A stretch of 64,000 nt of DNA, taken from a virus. Every line of letters begins with the position of its first letter. The stretch's first letter is position 1. The position numbers were made by a program, and so were the translations under genes. The notes below the pieces were generated by a model. That model had not been told where the DNA came from. It made no database searches and saw nothing but the letters and a program-made list of their open reading frames with translations. Below are positions 57,100-64,000 of this stretch, in pieces. The stretch lies in IMG/VR virus record IMGVR_UViG_3300040801_001025, positions 20,499 through 84,498 of that record; one strand, given 5' to 3'.

Positions 57100-57264
57100 T
57101 TATTCTCCTGAAATGATGATGCGAACCTGTTCCATGTGATCTGCAATGTCAGCTAGGTCGTCGTTAGACTTCATGTTTACATCGTGATTTTCCACGATTT
57201 CATCATAGTTGTCAAGCAAATCTTCAAGATCAGAGTAAAACTGAGATAGTTCTAGTTCATTCAT
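57100..57264 (-). CDS. small acidic hypothetical protein (54 aa, not in ORF track)
   Basis: MNELELSQFY...IISGE; fills gap in reverse operon. Confidence 0.5.
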   Translation of the reverse strand: MNELELSQFYSDLEDLLDNYDEIVENHDVNMKSNDDLADIADHMEQVRIIISGE

Positions 57265-57270
57265 ATTCCG

Positions 57271-57444
57271 TTATCCAAATAGTACTTGTTGTCCGCCCTC
57301 GGTAATCGGAACAATTTTTGCCCGTGCCTGCTTGTCTGGTGTAAGCGAAGCTACAAAGTTTTCCGCGAGGTGTCTTGACTGTGCATCAGTCAATTTTTGT
57401 CCGTCAAGCTCTACACGATACTTGACTGTGTTGTTATCAGTCAT
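57271..57444 (-). CDS. small hypothetical protein (57 aa, not in ORF track)
   Basis: MTDNNTVKYRV...IVPITEGGQQVLFG; AAGGAG RBS and CTAAATA upstream. Confidence 0.6.
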   Translation of the reverse strand: MTDNNTVKYRVELDGQKLTDAQSRHLAENFVASLTPDKQARAKIVPITEGGQQVLFG

Positions 57445-57486
57445 AATTTCAACTCCTTTATTTAGGTAAGTTGAAACTATTTATGC

Positions 57487-57933
57487 TTAAATATCACAGA
57501 TGTATACGTTTGGTATTCCAAAATGCTTTTCAAATTTTTCAACCATGGGTTTAACTTCGGTTTCCCAGTCCAAGCCACCAAGGCCGCAACCAATCTTAGG
57601 CAAGTATACCTCACGGCGCATAGCGTTTGCATCATCGAAGACTCGGCGCAAAGCTCGATACACGGCACTAGGACTAGCGTAACGACGGCCATCTCTGCCA
57701 TAATACTCCTGAGTCCAGCAGTTGTATACCCTCAAATCATTACTAACGTTGATACCTTGGGCCGCACCAAGCAAATCTCTGGAGGGTTTGACCGTCATAT
57801 ATGCTTCATATACTTCTGGCCATTTCTCGCGAATTGCTTTTGCAACTCCGCTACGCATTACACCTTGACAGTTCACACCATGTGCAATAATTCCATGGGT
57901 AACTGTCGTAATATCTTTTTTTATCTCTTTCAT
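57487..57933 (-). CDS. macro domain (ADP-ribose processing) protein
   Basis: DIT, IAHGVNCQGVM.SGVAKAI, PKIGCGLGGLDW. Confidence 0.88.
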   Translation of the reverse strand: MKEIKKDITTVTHGIIAHGVNCQGVMRSGVAKAIREKWPEVYEAYMTVKPSRDLLGAAQGINVSNDLRVYNCWTQEYYGRDGRRYASPSAVYRALRRVFDDANAMRREVYLPKIGCGLGGLDWETEVKPMVEKFEKHFGIPNVYICDI

Positions 57934-57984
57934 CGTAAGCCCTCTTCTATAAATACTACCACAAGTCCATGATAGGAACAACTC

Positions 57985-58512
57985 GTGCCACTAAATAGAC
58001 CCTTTACTAGACAAACTGATAATGGTGAAGCTATTGTTTTCAATGAGGAAACAGGCATTCTCACAGGCACAGATGATCCAAGTTCAACTGATATATCTTT
58101 AGGAACCGCAATCCCCGTGTCCACTCTGTATATTAGGACCGGCACAACCGAAATATATCAGAAATTTGATACCGGAGCAACAGACTGGAGACTTATTTAT
58201 TCGGCTAGTCTGAATGCTTTCGTAAGGACGGCAGTATCTGCAAACTATACTATTCTCGTAACAGATAGCTTTATTGGTGTAGATACATCAACAACAGCTA
58301 TAACTCTAACACTTCCTCTAGGGTCGACAGTTCCTCTTGGTAAAATAATAACTGTCAAGGATGAATCGTCAAACGCAAAGCGCCGCCCTGTTACAATAAA
58401 TACGTCTGGAAGCGATACAATTGAAGGTGGTGTCGAAACTTCTGTAAAAATAAGAATTGATGATTTCTCTGTTGATATTCAATGGACGGGAAACGAATGG
58501 AGTATAGTATAA
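57985..58512 (+). CDS. virion structural protein
   Basis: TATAAATA 57948-57955; ITLTLP..GK.ITVKD...I...GSDTIEG fibre module. Confidence 0.65.
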   Translation: MPLNRPFTRQTDNGEAIVFNEETGILTGTDDPSSTDISLGTAIPVSTLYIRTGTTEIYQKFDTGATDWRLIYSASLNAFVRTAVSANYTILVTDSFIGVDTSTTAITLTLPLGSTVPLGKIITVKDESSNAKRRPVTINTSGSDTIEGGVETSVKIRIDDFSVDIQWTGNEWSIV

Positions 58513-58513
58513 A

Positions 58514-59719
58514 ATGAGTAAGTTACTTAATGACGACGTTACAATAGTTCCTGATCCAGACGCACCATCTAATGATGCATTTGGTCGCTTACGAACATCA
58601 AATCCTGAAACTCTATTTTCTGATAAAGGATATGTTGATAATTCTCTATTTTGGGCTACGCAAACTGCAAATGGCGGTGCAATTGATACTACAAACTCAT
58701 TATCTAGTGCCGAGATAAATCTAAATGTAACAACAGCTAGTGGCTCATCCGCTATTAGACAAACACGACAACGTTTACCATATCAACCATCGAAATCTCA
58801 TGTAATATTATGTTCCTTTGTATTTGAGCCAAAAGCAAATGTAAGGTCTCGTGTTGGATATTTTGATGAAGATAACGGAGTATTCTTAGAGGCAAATGGC
58901 ACAGCCATAAATTGGGTTAGACGTGCGGGTAATACTGGTACACCAGTCGATACCACCGTTTCTCAATCTAATTGGAATATTGATCCTCTTGACGGAACTG
59001 GACAAAGTGGGGTTAATCTAGACTTCACAAAAGCACAACTTATAATCATAGACCTTGAGTGGTTCGGTGTAGGTGTTATTCGAGCCGGTTTCGTATACAA
59101 TGGTAATATACTTTATGCTCACCGATTTGAGACAGGTAACATTCTAACAGGTACATATAACGCATCTGCTACATTGCCTATAAGATATGAAATTACAAAT
59201 ACAGGTGCAACGGCATCTGCAACTACTCTAATATCCATTTGTCAATCAGTTGTGTCCGAAGGTGGATTCGGTGAAAGAGGTGCTGTTATAGCTACCGATA
59301 ATGGTACAACAGTTGTAGATGAAAATAATAATGATACTTATTATCCAATAATTTCAATTAGAATTAAACCTACCGTAAAATACTCACAGATTGATTTATC
59401 TGAATTCACAGTGATTTCAACAGAAAACCGCGCGGTAAGTGCTAGAATAATAATAAATGGTACTCTTACTGGACCAAGTTGGACTGATTACTCTCCAATA
59501 GCACAACGAGATTTATCCGCAACTGCTATTAGCGGCGGAACGGTTCTTGCTAGTGCATACACTGCTGAAAAGAATAGTTCAAACATAAATACAGTTGCAA
59601 ATGCTATAGCTTTAGGCTTTGATGTAGCAGGTACTCCCGATACATTAACATTAGCGGTAGCTGGTATTGGTGGTTCGGCTAAAGTTCTTGGTGAACTTTC
59701 ATGGATTGAGAGATATTAA
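58514..59719 (+). CDS. virion structural protein
   Basis: DAFGRLRTSNP.TLF, YQP.KS, W.GVG.IR motifs common in phage structural proteins. Confidence 0.65.
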   Translation: MSKLLNDDVTIVPDPDAPSNDAFGRLRTSNPETLFSDKGYVDNSLFWATQTANGGAIDTTNSLSSAEINLNVTTASGSSAIRQTRQRLPYQPSKSHVILCSFVFEPKANVRSRVGYFDEDNGVFLEANGTAINWVRRAGNTGTPVDTTVSQSNWNIDPLDGTGQSGVNLDFTKAQLIIIDLEWFGVGVIRAGFVYNGNILYAHRFETGNILTGTYNASATLPIRYEITNTGATASATTLISICQSVVSEGGFGERGAVIATDNGTTVVDENNNDTYYPIISIRIKPTVKYSQIDLSEFTVISTENRAVSARIIINGTLTGPSWTDYSPIAQRDLSATAISGGTVLASAYTAEKNSSNINTVANAIALGFDVAGTPDTLTLAVAGIGGSAKVLGELSWIERY

Positions 59720-59720
59720 T

Positions 59721-60164
59721 ATGGCTATTGAACAAATAATAACAGTTGGGTTATCTGCTGCACGGGACAGAGATAATTCTTTACCAAATGACCTAACGCC
59801 TCCAACGATTCCGCTACCATCTGGAGTGGGATGGAGACTTGTAACAGTTAGCCAAACTGATGAAACTATCTATTATTTCTGGGAAAGAGGAACCGGATTC
59901 TCTACTGAGACCGCAAACTTCACTGTTACTGACCCCGATGAAACTTTCTTAGTAGATGCAAGTGCTGGTCAAGTCACCGCAACACTACCAGCAACACCAA
60001 GAGACGGTGATACTATCACAATCAAGAAAATCGATGCGAGTGGAAACAACGTAGTAATTAATGGCAATGGAAACAATATTGACGGCCAAGCAACGCAAAC
60101 AATTACAAGTCAGTATGATGCGTTCACTTTGGGCTTTGATACGGGGCAGTGGTTTATAATATGA
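59721..60164 (+). CDS. virion structural/fibre protein
   Basis: VDASAG.VT.TLP...[10 protein letters not shown]...NIDG module. Confidence 0.6.
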   Translation: MAIEQIITVGLSAARDRDNSLPNDLTPPTIPLPSGVGWRLVTVSQTDETIYYFWERGTGFSTETANFTVTDPDETFLVDASAGQVTATLPATPRDGDTITIKKIDASGNNVVINGNGNNIDGQATQTITSQYDAFTLGFDTGQWFII

Positions 60165-63118
60165 GTTATATTCGTAACAAAGTATCGTTAAACGGCACTA
60201 TAATAAGCGAAGATGCCCGTGCTCTAAATTTTGAGGGTTCTAGTATTATCGTAGTCGATGAAGGTGATGGTAGAGCTACCATTACAATTTCAGGTAATTC
60301 TATTGTAAACCAAAGTGCGTTTGATGCATACCTTACAACAACAGGTATCAACATTAACGCGGGATACACGGATATTCCATTAAACGTTCAGCGTATAATT
60401 GATACCACAGCATTTACGCATACAACTCCAGACGCTACCGTGACCATTGCTGAAGCGGGTAGGTATTTAGTTATCGGTCGAGTGACAACGGATGCTGTAT
60501 CAGGTGGTAATCGTTCCGAGTCACAAGCTCGTCTTGTCTTGAATGATGGTGGTGGATTCGTACAAGTTCCGGGTACGGTTTCAACCATTTACAATCGTAA
60601 CTCTAGTCAAGGTAAAGGAACCGCAACATTTCAGGCAATTTTAGATTTATCCGTAGGTGATCAACTTAAACTTCAAGCCCAACGTGAATCGGGTGGTAAT
60701 AACATTGACCTGAGTCCAGAAGGTACTGCTTTAACTATCATATCGACTGAAGGTACACAAGGACCACAAGGACCACAAGGACCACAAGGACCACAGGGGC
60801 TACAAGGTCCACAAGGACCACAGGGGCCGCAAGGAGACCCCGGTCCTCAAGGGCCGCAAGGAGACCCCGGCCCTCAAGGACCAGCCGGTCCACAGGGGCC
60901 ACAAGGTCCACAGGGGCCACAAGGATTACCGGGTGCTGATGGTGATAACACTATTGACATTGAAGAAAATGATAGTCTTGTTGCCGGAAGTGTTGGAACT
61001 GTTAATTTTGAAGGTGATGTTACTTTAACAAATGACGGTGGCGGAAAAGTTACTGTTAACGTTGATGGTGGTTCTGATTTAGAACTTCAAGAAAATGATG
61101 TTGCAGTAGTCACACAGGCAACTGCACTGAATTTTGAAGGTAACGCTAATGTTACGGATGATGGCGCTGGTAAAGGCACCGTTACAATTTTGGGTATTGA
61201 TGTTGAAGAAGATGATTTATCTGTTGCAACGAATAATACTACATTGAATTTCGAAGGTGGCGTAAATGTTACTGACAATGGTGGTGGAAAAATCACTATT
61301 GAAGTTACAGGTGATGCATTAGATTTACAGCAGGATGATGTATCTGTTGTAAACCCACTGTCAGCATTGAATTTCGAAGGCAATGTCAGTGTAACAGATG
61401 AAGGCTCCGGTAAGGGCACTGTAAACATTCCGGGTATTTCTGGTGTAATTGTACAAGAAGAAGGTTCAACTGTTACCACAAATCAAACCACTTTAAATTT
61501 TGTTGGCGATGTTACTGTAATTGATAGTGGTAGTGGCGTAACTACGATTGAAATAGAAGTCCCATCTGACATTGCAATAGTGCAAGCACGACGTTCGGGG
61601 ACACTCGTATTACCGACAACGTTCACTGATCTAGATTTTGATATAACTGATATCGAAACTGAACCAACTGTAATAGAGCATTTAGCACCAACAACTCAAG
61701 ACAGAATAGAAATAAAAGAAAATGGTTTTTACCAAATTTACTATAACCTTGTTGTTGACGATGAAGTTGAGGCTAGAGTTAGATTAAACGATGTAAGTGT
61801 GTTACCCGGCTCGACAAAAGAAGCCGGTGATATTGCAGATGCTAATGATGTTATTGTTCAAAACACATGTTTGACATATGCTCAGCTTACTGCTGGTGAT
61901 TTCTTAACAGTCCAAGTTCAAGCACGAACTACAGCAGAAGTTCTATTTGTCGATTCTCTGTTCTCTGTCAAGAAAATAGACGGTATTCAAGGTCCAACAG
62001 GTGCGCAAGGGCCATCAGGACCAGCAGGACCATCAGGACCAGCAGGACCATCAGGACCACAAGGAGACCCCGGACCACAGGGACCGGCTGGTGCAGATGG
62101 TGCAAATGGCGCACAAGGAGACACTGGCTTTGGCGTGTATGCTTTCGCTCGAACAAATCCAGCGGGCACTATACTGAGGGGCAATGGTCTTACAGTTGCA
62201 AAAGGTGGAACAGGTGTCTATAACTACACCCTGACTCAACCGTTTGCAGATGCCAACTATACAATAGTTGGTCAACCAATAGGCAGCGTCACAGACACCA
62301 ACGTTCAAGTATCTAATATCACAGCTAGCAGTTTCACCATCACAATAGGTCAAGGTGACAACGGCACAGCGGCTGATACGCCAACAGACTTAAACCATGC
62401 AGTCACTATTTTTGGTGTAGACGGTCCAACAGGTTCCGGTAGCGCGTATCAATCATGGCTAAATGCTGGTAATGTCGGTACGGAGCAAGACTTTATTGAT
62501 GATATTAGTGCAAACCTTGATGTTGAAGAAAATGATATCGCTGTATCAACTGCGGTAAGTGTTTTAAACTTTGAAGGTGAATTAACAGTAACTGACGAAG
62601 GTAGTGGAAAGGTTACAGTAAATGTGCCAAGAACATTACCACAATACTTCTTCAATGCTCAAGACCTACGAAACACAATTAATGCTGAGTGGCCTGTTAG
62701 TAACTTTGCACCACTATCTGTTGACACGAACAATGGTTCACTTCTTGTTCGCAGATTTGATGATACTACAGAAGAAGGTGTAGGGTTTACAGTTCCAGTT
62801 CCTGCCGATGCTATAATATTCCGATTGAAGATCAAAGGTAGAGCCGAAACTGCTCCGGGTTCAGCACAGGCTGTTGTCCCTCGATTATATTTCCGAGACT
62901 TACCCGATAATGGTGCTATTGGGGGATTCGGCAATATCGATTTACCACCGTTTATAATTCCAGCCAACGAGCTAATTCAGTACTACGAGGTTAATCTTCT
63001 ACTTACTACATTGACAGGTACGTTGCTACAATTAGAATTGACTCGAAACGTAGCCAGTGGTTCAGACACTCTGACTGGTGACTGGACTGTTCTTCAAGTT
63101 GAAGTGGAGTTCTTCTAA
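60161..63118 (+). CDS. collagen-containing tail fibre/whisker-like protein
   Basis: two (GPQ/GPA)n collagen runs, seven LNFEG..VTD.G.GK.TV repeats, C1q/BclA-like beta domains. Confidence 0.75.
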   Translation: MSYIRNKVSLNGTIISEDARALNFEGSSIIVVDEGDGRATITISGNSIVNQSAFDAYLTTTGININAGYTDIPLNVQRIIDTTAFTHTTPDATVTIAEAGRYLVIGRVTTDAVSGGNRSESQARLVLNDGGGFVQVPGTVSTIYNRNSSQGKGTATFQAILDLSVGDQLKLQAQRESGGNNIDLSPEGTALTIISTEGTQGPQGPQGPQGPQGLQGPQGPQGPQGDPGPQGPQGDPGPQGPAGPQGPQGPQGPQGLPGADGDNTIDIEENDSLVAGSVGTVNFEGDVTLTNDGGGKVTVNVDGGSDLELQENDVAVVTQATALNFEGNANVTDDGAGKGTVTILGIDVEEDDLSVATNNTTLNFEGGVNVTDNGGGKITIEVTGDALDLQQDDVSVVNPLSALNFEGNVSVTDEGSGKGTVNIPGISGVIVQEEGSTVTTNQTTLNFVGDVTVIDSGSGVTTIEIEVPSDIAIVQARRSGTLVLPTTFTDLDFDITDIETEPTVIEHLAPTTQDRIEIKENGFYQIYYNLVVDDEVEARVRLNDVSVLPGSTKEAGDIADANDVIVQNTCLTYAQLTAGDFLTVQVQARTTAEVLFVDSLFSVKKIDGIQGPTGAQGPSGPAGPSGPAGPSGPQGDPGPQGPAGADGANGAQGDTGFGVYAFARTNPAGTILRGNGLTVAKGGTGVYNYTLTQPFADANYTIVGQPIGSVTDTNVQVSNITASSFTITIGQGDNGTAADTPTDLNHAVTIFGVDGPTGSGSAYQSWLNAGNVGTEQDFIDDISANLDVEENDIAVSTAVSVLNFEGELTVTDEGSGKVTVNVPRTLPQYFFNAQDLRNTINAEWPVSNFAPLSVDTNNGSLLVRRFDDTTEEGVGFTVPVPADAIIFRLKIKGRAETAPGSAQAVVPRLYFRDLPDNGAIGGFGNIDLPPFIIPANELIQYYEVNLLLTTLTGTLLQLELTRNVASGSDTLTGDWTVLQVEVEFF

Positions 63119-63834
63119 TGGCTGCTAACTTTCTAGGAACAGGTGGTACACTACAACGTCTTAGTGTTTCTAATTTAAATGGTCTTTCAGCACTTACTTT
63201 TATGGCATTTATTAAGTCTAATATAGTTAGCACTGACAGAGGATGGATCAAGCATGCGCTTCCCGATGGTACTGACAGATTTATAACAGCACGTTATGAC
63301 GTATCTGGATTTTCTGGTGGGGGGACGAATGTTATTAAGGCCGGTATCCAATTGAACGGAAATGTTGAACATAATGCAGAAACCGTGTCAGGACTTCAAA
63401 CAACAGATTGGCAACATGTTTGCGTTCGATGGGAAAGCGGGAGTGATATTCAAATTGTTGTTGATGGTGTAGACCAAACCGATCCCGGTTCTATTTCTGG
63501 TGGTAACACAGGAACAACTTCGGGTACTGATAGAATTTTATTGGGACAAGGTGGTAAAGATGGTGGTAGTCTTTCATGGGACGGAATATTAGATGATTTT
63601 AGATTCTATTCTAGATATCTTTCTATTGACGAAATTTTAACTATTATTAATTCAGATGGCGGTGATGATATCGTAGAAGGTCTCCAATATCGATACATAT
63701 TTGGAGAGGGCGCACCATCTTCACCTATACCTACAACAGTAAACTTAATTAATGATATTTCTGGCAATGGTAATGCGTTGACTAGAAGTGGGGCTGTAGT
63801 AAATTTTTCTGAAGGGATAAGTGTGGTAGGATAA
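63118..63834 (+). CDS. LamG/concanavalin A-like lectin domain protein
   Basis: WQHVCVRW, IVVDG, WDGILDDFRFYSRYLS.DEI, DISGNGN. Confidence 0.8.
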   Translation: MAANFLGTGGTLQRLSVSNLNGLSALTFMAFIKSNIVSTDRGWIKHALPDGTDRFITARYDVSGFSGGGTNVIKAGIQLNGNVEHNAETVSGLQTTDWQHVCVRWESGSDIQIVVDGVDQTDPGSISGGNTGTTSGTDRILLGQGGKDGGSLSWDGILDDFRFYSRYLSIDEILTIINSDGGDDIVEGLQYRYIFGEGAPSSPIPTTVNLINDISGNGNALTRSGAVVNFSEGISVVG

Positions 63835-64000
63835 TGGCATCAGTATTTAATAAAACAACTAACCAATACATAGAAAGTGCAAACACTCCTGAATTTGACC
63901 CGGCTGAATGGATTATAAATCCAGATGTTTCAGATTTATTGAACCGCAATGTTCCTGTAAATTTTTGGAAAGCTGTGGAAGTTTCACCGGGAGTATGGGA
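63834..64000 (+). CDS. hypothetical protein, truncated by window end
   Basis: MASVFNKTTNQYIESANTP..WIINPD; TAATG overlap. Confidence 0.55.
   Translation, partial: MASVFNKTTNQYIESANTPEFDPAEWIINPDVSDLLNRNVPVNFWKAVEVSPGVW

Noticed and set aside
1-64000. CRISPR array or stop-codon reassignment
   Set aside because: No repeat-spacer array seen; conserved genes are intact in code 11 and TAG, TGA and TAA all act as stops

Overview
This is a 64 kb segment of a large T4-related (jumbo-type) myophage genome in genetic code 11, densely coding. It contains a DNA packaging and replication/recombination block: DnaB-like helicase C-terminus, putative TerS, TerL, gp32-like SSB, UvsX/UvsY/UvsW, clamp loader subunits, primase, an epsilon-like exonuclease and a DNA polymerase III alpha reduced to two small separate genes. 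It also encodes GroES, spanins and virion structural/fibre proteins (collagen-like, a giant Thr/Pro mucin-like protein, a LamG protein). A nucleotide/NAD metabolism and counter-defence region holds NadM-Nudix and NadV split by a free-standing HNH endonuclease, dCMP deaminase, MazG-like, PhoH, Acb1-like 2H phosphodiesterase, macro domain, DHFR and a MoxR AAA/vWA pair. The most notable non-coding locus (46091-46627) holds a circularly permuted two-piece tmRNA (tag ANDAFYDEEIALAA) with a long pseudoknotted intervening segment. It is preceded by a separate structured RNA-like element and followed directly by a ClpP gene. Both sigma70-type promoters and T4-late-type (N)ATAAATA promoters are frequent, and many sit inside hairpins that would hide the downstream ribosome binding site on read-through mRNA. 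All functional calls come from motif recognition by eye; no database search or folding program was run.
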